Source: Clostridia bacterium (GTDB lineage: Bacteria > Bacillota > Clostridia > Christensenellales > Borkfalkiaceae). From it: a stretch of DNA of 64,000 nt. The stretch is from the NCBI GenBank assembly GCA_900767815.1, contig CAAGAM010000070.1, positions 1,315 to 65,314 of the forward strand, given 5' to 3'. Below, piece after piece: positions 38,327-48,894 of this stretch. Every line of letters starts with the position of its first letter. Position 1 is the first letter of the stretch. The notes under the pieces are model-generated. The model did no database searches. It saw nothing but the letters and a program-made list of their open reading frames with translations, and was not told the DNA's origin. Both the position numbers and the translations under genes were made by a program.

Positions 38327-41300
38327 ATGAAAATCAAGAGACTATTGATTTTATTGCTCGCGCTTATAACGAGCGGCTGTCTTGCGCTTTTCGTTTCGTG
38401 CGAGGACTCGTCCGACGCGTCCGAAAACGGATCGGAAAGTTTTATCGCGAGCGAAAGCGGAACGGATGACGAATCCGAGGAAACGGAAGTTTCCATAACT
38501 CTTTCCAAAACGGCTACGGTCGCGGAATTTGAAAGCGTAACGCTTGTTCCCGTCGTTAAAGGCGAAGGAGAAATAACGTGGACTTCGTCCGATAAATCGG
38601 TCTTAACCGTAGACGGCGGCATCGTATACGGCGTTAAGGCGGGAACCGCAACCGTAAAGGCTTCTATCGGAAACAAAGAAGCCGTTTGCACGGTGACTGT
38701 AACTCCTACGCACTATGCTCATGAAATCGCCTTATCGCAAGAAGAAGTCGTTATGAGCAAAGGTAGAAGCGGAGCGGTTAAAGTTTCGGTAACGTTCAAC
38801 GGAAATCCTTTGGATGTCGACGGTTTGGAATATGTCTGGACTCCCGTAGGAAACGCTTCCGAAATCGCAACGATAGAAACTTCCGACAACGGAGCTTCGG
38901 CAACGTTTACGGGCGTTGACGTCGGCGAAGCCGAATACGACGTGTCTACGATCGTGAGAGGTTACGAGGCGGCGGAGAGAGTTACGATAAAAGTTATCGA
39001 CAACGTAGTCATTCTCGACCTTACAAACGAAAAAATTCAAAGCGGAGAAGGTCTTTACTCTTTAGGTCTCACGCTCGGAAGCGAAAGTACGTCTCGTCTT
39101 GAAATAGGTACCGTCAATATTTTGGAGGACGGCGCGATGAAAGGCGTTGCGGACGTCAGCTGGACTGTCGATAACGACGAGATCATAACCGTTGAAAACG
39201 GCGCGGTAGTCGCGCGCAAGGCGGGTTATTCGCTTATGACGGGTTCTGCCGTATACGGCGAGAAAACTTTGAACGCATATGTCGGCGTTACCGTTTCCAA
39301 GGGCAAGGCTACGCTTGAAAACGTAAAGCTCGTCATCGAGGCTGCCGCCGATAAAACAATAAAGATCCCCGACGAAATCGCGGGTACGGTCGAAAAAATA
39401 ACGGTATGCGGAAAGACGGTGTTCGACGGCTCTACGGCATTGGAAAACCGAAACGCGACGGTTATCGAAAATTCCATGCCGTGCGAAATGAGAGATCTCG
39501 GCGAGGATAAAGCAGTCGTTATCGAAACGGAGGAAATGGTATACGACTTAAAAGCCGATGTTTACACGCTCATTATAGACAATAAAGAAGATCTTGACGC
39601 ATGGCAGAAAATCGCTTGTGACGAAGCCGTCAGAGCGGGACTTTGCGGAGCAGATAAATACGGACAGTTCATGACGGGATATTTCCTTTTGGGAAGCGAC
39701 GTTGCGTACAACGGCAATTACACGACGTTCAAAACGTTCATGGATTTCGGAAATCTTTACAACTGGGGCAAAGAGTGGGGCGACGGTTCGTCCTTCGGAT
39801 TCAAAGGGATTTTCGACGGCAGAGGTCACGTAATCGACGGATTGAACGTAAGCGGAAGATACAACGGATTCGTTACCACTTTGGCGGACGGAACGATTGA
39901 AAATATCGCGTTTACGAACGCGGGCGTATCGGACGGAGCGTCGTTTATCGCGAGAGCGGGATTCGGGACGATCAGAAACATTTACGTAAGTTACGCCAAG
40001 ATAAGCGGCGGCACGAGCGATAACGTTTCCACGGCGTTCGGTTCTTACGATTTTACGAACCGTACCGTTGAAAATCTCATAATAGACGTATCGTATTGCG
40101 ACTTCGGCGACGAAATAAACAATGTCTTCGTGATAGGCGGCGGCTACGGAAAAATGAATGCGCTTGTTATCGGAGCGTTCGCGGAAAACGCGGATAAAAA
40201 AGCTCTTCTGACGGACGTCGCGGTTGCGGCCGGTAACGTTGCGGGGCATGTAAACGATTATGCGGAACTTTTTGCCGACGAAGAACTTATCGGCGCGTTT
40301 GCGGAAATTGACGGAACGTTCTGGGCGAATACGGGTAAAATCATTCTTCCCGCGTCGGTAATGCTCGTTCACGGAAACGATGAGGTAAGAATAACCAATT
40401 CCGAAACGGAAATAAACAAAAACGGCGAGATCAGGCTTAAGACGAACGGAAGATATTACGAATTCGTGCTTAAAGAAGCCGTTCAGGGCATAACTTTGTC
40501 GGGCGACGTACTCGCCGCCGACGCGACGGCGGTTATCGGATCTTCCGTAACGGTTACGGTAACTTCGCTCGTCAGCGGAAAGTCTTTCGAATACGTAGTC
40601 ACGGTTGCTAAACTTAAAGAAAAAATCGAACTCGCAGAGAGAAGAAATATCGACCTTGATCTTTCCGTCGAAGGAGAAGAACTCAGGATAAACGGTTCGC
40701 TTACCGTCGATCTTTCCGAAGGCGACGAATATATCGGCAATAACGAAATAGTCGTAAAATACGGTGACGTCGTTCTTTACGAAGGCGAAGGCGCATCGAG
40801 TGTAAATCTTCTCGCGACCGACTCTCTTAAAGGGGTTTTCGGCAATAAAATGCTGACGGTAATCGTTTACGGCGACGAAAAGGATTATGAACTTATTCTT
40901 CCCGTAACGGTTATATCGAAGTCAATCTCTTCGAAATCCGAACTCGACGGATGGCAGGAAATCGCTTCTCATGTCGCCGTTGCGGCGGGGCTTAACGTTA
41001 AGGACGCGTACAGACAGTATATGACCGGTTACTTCACGCTCGAAAACGACATTGCGTATAACGGTACGTTCACGCCTTACACGCCGTTCTCGACGTATTG
41101 GAGCTTTGGCAACAACGGTGTAAACGGCGTTAAGTACGGTTCGGGCGAATGGACGGACGGAACCTCTTACGGATTCAAAGGAGTGTTCGACGGTTGCGGA
41201 TATGCGATCGAAGGAATGAAGGTTTCGGGAGATCTCAACGGATTTATCGTCACTTTGGCAAACGGAACGATCAAAAACGTATCCTTCACCGACGCGGCGA

Positions 41301-43399
41301 TTTCGAACAGTTCTTCGCTTGTCGTTAAAGCGGGTATCGGTTCGATTGAAAACGTATTCGTTCAGTATTCGTCGATAACCGAAACGAGCGGCGCGGGAAC
41401 GTTCTTCTCGACGGGTAACGACAGCGCGAGAAAGGTTAAAAATTGTATTATAGACGTAACCGAGTGTACGTTCGAATCCGCTTCGAATATAACGCTTATC
41501 GGCTCGGATGCGGAACACGACGAAGAGATCGTGATTTACGACGGAGTTTACGTCGTCGGAACGATTCCTTCCACGGTCACTCTCAAAGATAAAAATGCGA
41601 ACTGTTGTGCGATCGGCGCGTTCGCTTCCTATGCGGCTCTTTTGACCGACGAAGCGGCAAGCGCGAAAATCGCGGGATTCGATAATTCGTTCTGGAAAGT
41701 TACGAATAAAATCGTCATTCCGATAGGGGTGTATGCGGCAAACAACGTCGATCCCGAAATAACGAACGAAGAGACGGAAATAATCATGGGCGTATCGCTC
41801 AGACTTACCGCTAACGCGAAATTCATCGTTTACGCTATCAACGCCGTAGACGGCGTGACGTTAAACGAAAATATCCTTTTAGCCGATGAAACGGCAACAG
41901 AAGGGGCGGAAATAACGGTCATCGCGACATCGCTCGTAAGCGGTAAATCGGCTCAATTCGTGTTTACGATAGCTTCGATGGCGTCTAAATACGAAGAAGG
42001 AACGGTAATCGACGCGGATAGTTTAGCAATCGGAGATCTCGTAAACTTCGGGCTTGGATCGATTTGGTCTAAAGGAATAACCTTGGCTCCCGAAAATCTT
42101 GCGGGATATACCGGCAGCGTAGCTCAGTTCTATAATTATAACGGAACTATTTACGGCGATATGAACGCGCACGGCGCGAGCATAAAGCTTAACGATGCCG
42201 TAAACGTTAAAGACGGACTTAATTTTATCAGAATCAGAACTTATATCGCGCACGATTCGCTCGATAAAGTCGATTTGAGATTCTACAGAAGCGACAGAAC
42301 CAATCACGAGGTGGAATCCGGCGTTTGGTTTGACGACGCGAAGACTATCGAAACGAATAAGTGGGTAAATATTTATCTTGCGGTTTCGAAATTCGCGGTA
42401 AACGGAAAAGTAGACGGATTCAAATTCGCGGTGTTCACGGCGGAAACTGATACGGCAAAACTTTATATCGACGACGTGACGTTGCAGACAAACGATTATA
42501 CGTCGGACGACGATATGGATTTAACGCAAGTAACGTTTCCGCAAATGGACAGCTTCGGCGCGACTATCTGGAACAGAGGCGTTATCGACGCGTCGGCTGC
42601 TCCCGTTGGCGCGAGCGGCAAAGTTCTCGTGATGCAGAACAACGAAGGAAGCGATATACTGTATCATTTCTACGGCGTAATGCTTAACAATCCCGTGACG
42701 ATAAAAGACGGAATGAATTATGTGAAACTCAGAATGTACGTTTCGTCTCCGCTCGCTTCGGCGGAAATAAGATTCTACAGAAGCGACAGAACCAATCAGC
42801 AAGTGGAGCCCGGCGTTTGGTTTGACGACGTGAAGACGATCGAAACAAATAAATGGGTAGACGTATATCTCGAAGTTTCTAAATTCGCCTTAGACGGTAA
42901 ATTTGCGGGATACAAGTCGATGTGCGCGAGTGAGGGTACCGTCGGCGGCAAAATATACGTCGATAGTATTTCTCTTACCGACGTGAGCGGAACTAAAATC
43001 GTTTTGGCGGAAAGCACGATAAGCTATCCGGGGTTCGGAAATGCCTGGAATAACGGCGCGACGATGACGGATAACGTCGTCAATCTGCCAGGCGGCACGA
43101 GTTATGCTTGCGCGAAGATAACTTTCGCTTCGCCCGTAGACGTAACGGGGAAGACGGCTATTTTAATAACGATGAGAGCGAACGTCGCTCCTTGCAGAAT
43201 AGCAATGTTTAAACACAGTAGAACGGCACCCGACGCACTCGATTATTATTATGATAATTGTCCCGCAAACGAAAGCGTGACGATGACCGTAAATATATCC
43301 GAGTTTGTTGAAGACGGAACGCTTAAAGGTTTCATGATTGCGTTGTGGGGCGACGCTGCCGACGTAAACGTCGTGATAGAAAGAGTTGTTGTCGTATAA
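38327..43399 (+). CDS. giant (1690-aa) surface lipoprotein with Big_2-like Ig domains, internal ~400-aa duplication and C-terminal CBM-like modules
   Basis: Lipobox LITSGCLALFVSC. Two Big_2-like domains near the N-terminus. A duplicated block (KEDLDAWQKIACDEA.. vs KSELDGWQEIASHVA..). Two NYIRLRMY..RFYRSDRTNHQVE..TNKWV modules. A terminal PCRIAMFKHS..LDYYYDNCPANESVTMT domain. Confidence 0.6.
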   Translation: MKIKRLLILLLALITSGCLALFVSCEDSSDASENGSESFIASESGTDDESEETEVSITLSKTATVAEFESVTLVPVVKGEGEITWTSSDKSVLTVDGGIVYGVKAGTATVKASIGNKEAVCTVTVTPTHYAHEIALSQEEVVMSKGRSGAVKVSVTFNGNPLDVDGLEYVWTPVGNASEIATIETSDNGASATFTGVDVGEAEYDVSTIVRGYEAAERVTIKVIDNVVILDLTNEKIQSGEGLYSLGLTLGSESTSRLEIGTVNILEDGAMKGVADVSWTVDNDEIITVENGAVVARKAGYSLMTGSAVYGEKTLNAYVGVTVSKGKATLENVKLVIEAAADKTIKIPDEIAGTVEKITVCGKTVFDGSTALENRNATVIENSMPCEMRDLGEDKAVVIETEEMVYDLKADVYTLIIDNKEDLDAWQKIACDEAVRAGLCGADKYGQFMTGYFLLGSDVAYNGNYTTFKTFMDFGNLYNWGKEWGDGSSFGFKGIFDGRGHVIDGLNVSGRYNGFVTTLADGTIENIAFTNAGVSDGASFIARAGFGTIRNIYVSYAKISGGTSDNVSTAFGSYDFTNRTVENLIIDVSYCDFGDEINNVFVIGGGYGKMNALVIGAFAENADKKALLTDVAVAAGNVAGHVNDYAELFADEELIGAFAEIDGTFWANTGKIILPASVMLVHGNDEVRITNSETEINKNGEIRLKTNGRYYEFVLKEAVQGITLSGDVLAADATAVIGSSVTVTVTSLVSGKSFEYVVTVAKLKEKIELAERRNIDLDLSVEGEELRINGSLTVDLSEGDEYIGNNEIVVKYGDVVLYEGEGASSVNLLATDSLKGVFGNKMLTVIVYGDEKDYELILPVTVISKSISSKSELDGWQEIASHVAVAAGLNVKDAYRQYMTGYFTLENDIAYNGTFTPYTPFSTYWSFGNNGVNGVKYGSGEWTDGTSYGFKGVFDGCGYAIEGMKVSGDLNGFIVTLANGTIKNVSFTDAAISNSSSLVVKAGIGSIENVFVQYSSITETSGAGTFFSTGNDSARKVKNCIIDVTECTFESASNITLIGSDAEHDEEIVIYDGVYVVGTIPSTVTLKDKNANCCAIGAFASYAALLTDEAASAKIAGFDNSFWKVTNKIVIPIGVYAANNVDPEITNEETEIIMGVSLRLTANAKFIVYAINAVDGVTLNENILLADETATEGAEITVIATSLVSGKSAQFVFTIASMASKYEEGTVIDADSLAIGDLVNFGLGSIWSKGITLAPENLAGYTGSVAQFYNYNGTIYGDMNAHGASIKLNDAVNVKDGLNFIRIRTYIAHDSLDKVDLRFYRSDRTNHEVESGVWFDDAKTIETNKWVNIYLAVSKFAVNGKVDGFKFAVFTAETDTAKLYIDDVTLQTNDYTSDDDMDLTQVTFPQMDSFGATIWNRGVIDASAAPVGASGKVLVMQNNEGSDILYHFYGVMLNNPVTIKDGMNYVKLRMYVSSPLASAEIRFYRSDRTNQQVEPGVWFDDVKTIETNKWVDVYLEVSKFALDGKFAGYKSMCASEGTVGGKIYVDSISLTDVSGTKIVLAESTISYPGFGNAWNNGATMTDNVVNLPGGTSYACAKITFASPVDVTGKTAILITMRANVAPCRIAMFKHSRTAPDALDYYYDNCPANESVTMTVNISEFVEDGTLKGFMIALWGDAADVNVVIERVVVV

Positions 43400-43475
43400 C
43401 GGAAACACGACAAAAAAATAAAAATATCGGATCGGAACAAAACGATAAAAACGTTTCAAAAAAACAAAACATGCG

Positions 43476-43502
43476 GAAAGGGCGGGGATTCTTCGCCCTT
43501 TC
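43476..43502. other. 9-bp stem-loop in intergenic region between giant genes
   Basis: GAAAGGGCG-GGGATTCTT-CGCCCTTTC flanked by A-runs on the + strand (T-run on the opposite strand). Confidence 0.35.
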
Positions 43503-43658
43503 TAAAAAAACGATTTATTAAATGAGAAGAAAAATGATAACGAAGTACGAAAAACCCGATGTAAAGGTTTTGCTTGCGGATAAGGACGATATTGTAACTT
43601 TATCGCTCGTTGGCGACAAAAATAAAGACGACATATTCAACGATTAAGGGGAAAAAAG

Positions 43659-46600
43659 ATGAATAAAACAAAGAAAATATTGACCGGTATACTGTGTCTT
43701 GTAACAGCTGTATGCCTTGTTATAGGAATAGGTTCTTTCGGAATCAACGCGAATGCGGATTCGCCCGATTCTCTTGTCATGGCAAAGGGCGCGGCGGTCA
43801 GAATAGACGATTCTTGCACCGGCATGCGTTTTACCGCGGCTATGGGAAAAGCGGCATACGAGAAAATAGCGGATAACGTAGCTTCGGCGGGAATGTTTAT
43901 AATGCCCGAGGATTACGTTGCGAAATACGGCGATCTGACAGAGGAAAACCTCTTCGGCGGAAATGCCGTATACAGCGGAGAAATAAACGATAAAATAACG
44001 ATTATAGATATTGTTTACAGAGGAATGACATATTCCGAACAAAACGCGAGATACGAGATAAAGGGTACTATTTCGAATATCATCGAAAAAAACTATTCCC
44101 GCAATTTCATAGCGCGCGCTTATCTTAAGATGAAAGACGGAAGCGTTATTCTTGCCGCTTATGAAGACAACAACTCGGTAAACAACGTTCGTTCGATACA
44201 AAACGTAGCGAAAATCGCTCTTGCCGACGGTTCTGTCGATTACACGGGCAAAGAGTTGTCCGTTCTCGGCGATTACACCGACTTTTCGGCTCAGATAAGC
44301 GGGGATAGATATTTGCCTCTTTTCGAGCCTCAGGGCAACGGTACGATCGCTTGGGATTCTCTCGAAAAAGCATATAAGTTCTCGTTTACGTCGAACGATG
44401 GCGATGAAAGAGGATTTTGCATAAATTCCGACTTTTTCCGTAAAACAGCTCAGAAAACCGGCGCGACTCAATTGAAATTTAAGATGAAAGCGGCAAGCTC
44501 CGATTTTCAGCATGTTTATTTCGGGTATATGCCGAACTGGATTGCAAGCGGCGATAATATAACTGCTCATTCCGTGACGACGGAATATGCCGAATATTCT
44601 TTCGGTTTCGATACGCTTCCGCGCGAAAACGGCTCTTTCAAAACGCCGTTCGTCCTCGCCGTTGCGGGGAAGGGCGTTCAGAGCGGTCTTTACATAAAGG
44701 ATATAGAGGTCGTTAAACCGTATGAATTGTCGGCGGCGATCGACGCCGACAAACTTATCGTTGAAGGCGCGAAGGTAAACTTAGGCGATTTTAAATTTGC
44801 CTTAAGTCAAAGCTTTCCCGCGGGCGCAACGGGGAAAGTGCTTAAATCCGACAGAACGGAAGAGATAGGTTGGCAAGGAAATTCGTTCAAACTTCCCGCA
44901 GCCGTTCCCGCAGCCGATTATAAGGCTCTTTCTTTAAGAATGTACGTCGAATGTGCGGAAAAAGACTATGTAAACGCCGTGATGTTCAAATATGGCGATA
45001 CAAACGGCGAGAATGTCGTATATAATAAAAATATTCCGACCAATCGTTGGTATAACCTTACCGTAGACGCTTCTTCGATTATAAACGACGGCGGAATGAT
45101 AGAAGGCGTGGCGATGTCGATTGCGACAAGCACTTTTGCGACCGTCTATATCGATTCCGTTTCCCTTTTGCATGATAACGAAGAAATCGAGTATCTTGTA
45201 AATAACGGCATAACGGAATATTTCGTGCTTATTCCGAATAACGCGTCCGAGACGATTTTAAAAGCGAAAGACGAATTTACGACGTTGTTTAAAAAAGCGA
45301 CGAGCGCAACCATTTCGTTCGTTACCGAAGCGGCGGACGGACAGAAATATATTTCGCTCGGCAATACGAGCTTGTTCGAAAACAGCGGATATTCCGCGGA
45401 AGAGGGCGAACTCGGTACAAGCGGATACAAACTTATAACCGAAGGCGCGAATATTTACGTTTGCGGCGCTACCGATACGGCTACTTTATACGGAGTTTAC
45501 GGATTGCTTGCGGAATTGTTCGATTTTGACGTTTACTATACCGATTCGTATTCGATAAACGAGGGCGTATATACGCTCGCGCTTCCCGAACTTAACGTGA
45601 TCGATATTCCGGATATAGAACATAGAGTGTCGGGCAATTATGGCATAACCTCCGATACAACCGCTAAAGATCGTTTCCGTTATGAGTATTACGGCGATAA
45701 TTTTATTCTTGTCGGCGGCGAGGTGAGTCACAATTCGTTGCATTATGTTCAAGGTAAGGCGAACGAAAGCGACGATTGGTATAATAAGAACGGAAAATCT
45801 ATTTTCAGTAAGCTGTTAAAAACTCAGCTTTGCTATACGGCAAGGGGTAATTCCGAAGCGTATAACAACATGGTGGCGGCTGCTGCGAAAACGCTTGAAG
45901 ACGCTTTGATCGCAAACCCCGATAAAAACGTCGTGACGTTCTCCGAGCAAGATAACTACGACGCATGCAAATGCTCTGCTTGTCAGAAATCGAATAGCGA
46001 CGGCTATAACGAAACGGACAGAGTGATCGCGTTCGTAAACGTAGTTTACGGAAAAATTCTCGATTGGTTTAACGGCGACGGCGCCGAATATAAGCGAGAT
46101 CTCGACATGGTCGTTTACGCTTATCTTAGCACTGCCGACGCTCCTTTAAAGACAAGACCCGTAAGCGGAGTAAAAATATTATACGCTCCTATCGGCTTTG
46201 ATTTTACAAGCGATATAACGGCAAGCATAAACTCTGAGCTTTATGAAGAGGCTCAAAAGTGGAACGAGATGACCGACGAAATATATTTCTGGATATATTC
46301 GGCTAACTTCTACTATTATCTTGCGCCGTATCTCAACGTCGACGGTATGCAAAGTTATTATAGGTTCGCGAAGTCCGCGGGAGCGAAATGGATATTCGAT
46401 CAGGCGCAGCACGATAATACGTTTGCGACGGGATTCGGCAATCTTAAATCCTATCTGGCTTCGAAACTCGCTTGGGACGCGGAATCCGACATAGCCGCGC
46501 TTACGGATAAATTCTTCAACGGATATTTCGGACCCGCAAGCGCGAAAATGCGCGCGTTCTATAACGAATTTAACGCCGCATATAAAAACGCAAGCGGTTT

Positions 46601-48833
46601 GCATATAACGACTTCTTGCCAGGTTCAACCGAAAGCCGAATATTGGACGAAAGACGCGCTTATAGGTTGGGTCGTGGATTGCGCTTCGGCTTTGGATATG
46701 ATCGAGCCTCTCAAAACCACAGACAGCGCGGCATATGAAACTTACCGTAAACATATTGTCGGCGAAAGAATTTCCGTTCTGTATCTTTTGATCGAGCTTT
46801 ATAGGGGCGAGATCGATGCGGTGACGAAAAACGCATATATCGAAACGTTCAAGTCCGACGTTCTCGAAGCGGGCGTAAGGTATCCGAGAGAGAGCGGCGC
46901 GCAAACTTTTGACGATTTATATAGCAGCTGGGGTACCGCTTCGGCGGTTGCTGCTGTCGCCGACCTTGCAAATCCGAGCGCAAGCGTTGCGGTAAGCGGC
47001 ACGGTAACGCAAGTCACCCTTAAAGGCGCAACGGTTTCCGCAAATAATTATGTTGCGGCAAACGGATTGTTGACGCTTAAAGGCGAATATCTCGGGGAAC
47101 TCGGCGAAGGCAACTATGTATTCGGCGTAACTCTTTCCGACGGCGCGATCGATTGGTATGTAACCGTCACCGATAACGAGTTGCCCGCTTATGAAATCAA
47201 AAAAGAATCTTCATACGAAGAGGGCGAAATAACTTTGCCGATCGCTACAAGTAAAGACGGATCTTATCAACGCCTTACGCCGATATATTATCTTGACGGC
47301 GAGCAGAAAGAGGAAGGCGAGAGATTAACGCTTAAAGAGGGAACTTACGCCTTAACCGTCAAATTTATGCGTAACGGCAAGTTGATTGACGGCGGCGATA
47401 TTTCCGCCGAGATAGTAGTTCTCGCCAAGTCTTACGTTTTGGGCGATGGGATAGACTTTGCCGAAATTACGTTTGTAAATCTTGAAGATTTCGGACTTAA
47501 CAATATTTGGAATCAAGGCGTAGTCGAAGCGTCGGAAGCGCCTATAGGCGCGAACGGTAAGGTTCTTCAAATGTTTAACGGCGAAACGGTCGACGTCGGG
47601 TCTCACGTTTCTGCCGTAAGACTTAATAATCCTATAACCTTAAAAGACAGAATGAATTATATCAGACTCAGAATGTATATTTCGTCTTTGTCGGTCACAA
47701 AAGCAAATATAAGGTTCTATAGGAGCGACAGAACTAATCATCAAGTAGAACCTGACGTTTGGTACGATTATGCATGCGATATTCAGACTAACAAATGGGT
47801 AAACGTATATCTTAAAACGTCGGAATTTGCTGTTGACGGGAAAATATCGGGCTATGATTTTATGTGTTCTACAAGTCTTGTCGGAGGGAAAATATACGTC
47901 GACGATATTGCGGTAGTAACCGATAATTACACCTTGGGCGAAGAAATCGATATGACTAACGAAAACGTGTCGGCAGAAAATGCGGGACTCAGCGGTCTTT
48001 GGAATAAAAACGCGTATCTTATACCCGAGGGCGACGCTAATTACGTTGCGGGCGGTAAGGGCTACGAATACTTCCTTACGACGGATGGTTCGCCAAACCT
48101 TGCGGGATACATTTCGATAAAAGACGCTATCAAAGTAAAAAATAATTTTAACTACATTCGTCTGAGAATGTACGTTAAATCAAGCGGAACGAACGCGACG
48201 GAATTGCGGTTTTATCGTTCGGACAGAACGAATCATCAGGTAGAGACCAACGTATATTATGATGCCGTTGCGAACGTTGCTGTCAACGCTTGGGTAAACG
48301 TATACGTTCCGGTTAAATCTTTTGCGATAAACGGTAAGGTAAACGGAATAAAAATCGGCGCGGTAGGACAGACTTCCGTTTCGGGTATCTATATCGATGA
48401 TTTGACGATAACTAAAGTTCAAGGAACCGAAGTGTCGTTAAACGGTTCTCAAATCGGTTATCCCGGGTTCGGTAATCAATGGAATGACGGAACGGCGGTA
48501 ACTAAAGATTATATAGAACTGACTAACGGAGGAAGTTACTCCGCGGCTAAGATAACATTTGCTGCGCCTGTAACGGTTACTACGGAAAAATCCATGGTAA
48601 TAACATTGAGCGCGAACGTTAAGCCGTGCAGAATAGCGATATTTAAATATTCCAAAACGGCAGCCGACGTACTTGATTATTACTATGATAATTGTCCCGC
48701 AAACGAAAGCGTAACCATGACTATCGGTATTTCGCAATTCGTCGAAAACGGAGTTTTGAACGGATTTACTATTGCTCTTTGGGGCGATGCAAGCGGCATA
48801 GACGTTACGATTGAAGGCGTAATCGTGGTATAA
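43659..48833 (+). CDS. giant (1724-aa) secreted protein with DUF4838-like Cys-motif domain, three CBM-like modules and C-terminal domain shared with upstream paralog
   Basis: Signal peptide. The central domain is paralogous to 36088..38247. Three RFYRSDRTNHQVE modules. The C-terminal PCRIAIFKYS..LDYYYDNCPANESVTMT domain has an ~45-nt stretch nearly identical at the DNA level to 43240-43285. Confidence 0.6.
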   Translation: MNKTKKILTGILCLVTAVCLVIGIGSFGINANADSPDSLVMAKGAAVRIDDSCTGMRFTAAMGKAAYEKIADNVASAGMFIMPEDYVAKYGDLTEENLFGGNAVYSGEINDKITIIDIVYRGMTYSEQNARYEIKGTISNIIEKNYSRNFIARAYLKMKDGSVILAAYEDNNSVNNVRSIQNVAKIALADGSVDYTGKELSVLGDYTDFSAQISGDRYLPLFEPQGNGTIAWDSLEKAYKFSFTSNDGDERGFCINSDFFRKTAQKTGATQLKFKMKAASSDFQHVYFGYMPNWIASGDNITAHSVTTEYAEYSFGFDTLPRENGSFKTPFVLAVAGKGVQSGLYIKDIEVVKPYELSAAIDADKLIVEGAKVNLGDFKFALSQSFPAGATGKVLKSDRTEEIGWQGNSFKLPAAVPAADYKALSLRMYVECAEKDYVNAVMFKYGDTNGENVVYNKNIPTNRWYNLTVDASSIINDGGMIEGVAMSIATSTFATVYIDSVSLLHDNEEIEYLVNNGITEYFVLIPNNASETILKAKDEFTTLFKKATSATISFVTEAADGQKYISLGNTSLFENSGYSAEEGELGTSGYKLITEGANIYVCGATDTATLYGVYGLLAELFDFDVYYTDSYSINEGVYTLALPELNVIDIPDIEHRVSGNYGITSDTTAKDRFRYEYYGDNFILVGGEVSHNSLHYVQGKANESDDWYNKNGKSIFSKLLKTQLCYTARGNSEAYNNMVAAAAKTLEDALIANPDKNVVTFSEQDNYDACKCSACQKSNSDGYNETDRVIAFVNVVYGKILDWFNGDGAEYKRDLDMVVYAYLSTADAPLKTRPVSGVKILYAPIGFDFTSDITASINSELYEEAQKWNEMTDEIYFWIYSANFYYYLAPYLNVDGMQSYYRFAKSAGAKWIFDQAQHDNTFATGFGNLKSYLASKLAWDAESDIAALTDKFFNGYFGPASAKMRAFYNEFNAAYKNASGLHITTSCQVQPKAEYWTKDALIGWVVDCASALDMIEPLKTTDSAAYETYRKHIVGERISVLYLLIELYRGEIDAVTKNAYIETFKSDVLEAGVRYPRESGAQTFDDLYSSWGTASAVAAVADLANPSASVAVSGTVTQVTLKGATVSANNYVAANGLLTLKGEYLGELGEGNYVFGVTLSDGAIDWYVTVTDNELPAYEIKKESSYEEGEITLPIATSKDGSYQRLTPIYYLDGEQKEEGERLTLKEGTYALTVKFMRNGKLIDGGDISAEIVVLAKSYVLGDGIDFAEITFVNLEDFGLNNIWNQGVVEASEAPIGANGKVLQMFNGETVDVGSHVSAVRLNNPITLKDRMNYIRLRMYISSLSVTKANIRFYRSDRTNHQVEPDVWYDYACDIQTNKWVNVYLKTSEFAVDGKISGYDFMCSTSLVGGKIYVDDIAVVTDNYTLGEEIDMTNENVSAENAGLSGLWNKNAYLIPEGDANYVAGGKGYEYFLTTDGSPNLAGYISIKDAIKVKNNFNYIRLRMYVKSSGTNATELRFYRSDRTNHQVETNVYYDAVANVAVNAWVNVYVPVKSFAINGKVNGIKIGAVGQTSVSGIYIDDLTITKVQGTEVSLNGSQIGYPGFGNQWNDGTAVTKDYIELTNGGSYSAAKITFAAPVTVTTEKSMVITLSANVKPCRIAIFKYSKTAADVLDYYYDNCPANESVTMTIGISQFVENGVLNGFTIALWGDASGIDVTIEGVIVV

Positions 48834-48845
48834 AAGACTAAATAA

Positions 48846-48882
48846 CATCGCCGGCGAATAAAATTTATCTTCGCCGACGATG
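48846..48882 (+). terminator. hairpin terminator-like element after giant gene
   Basis: 13-bp stem with one mismatch (CATCGCCGGCGAA / TTCGCCGACGATG), an 11-nt loop, and AT-rich sequence downstream. Confidence 0.4.
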
Positions 48883-48894
48883 TAATTAAGAATT

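Noticed and set aside
39548-40372. 274-aa minus-strand ORF (and several others, 40922-41518, 46179-46904, 48886-49581) inside the giant genes
   Set aside because: All are antisense to long + strand ORFs with signal peptides and repeated domains. Their translations are Arg/Val-rich low-complexity.
43644-44570. 308-aa minus-strand ORF inside the 5' part of the 1724-aa gene
   Set aside because: Completely antisense to a strongly supported + strand gene. Low-complexity R/F/I-rich translation. Typical shadow ORF.
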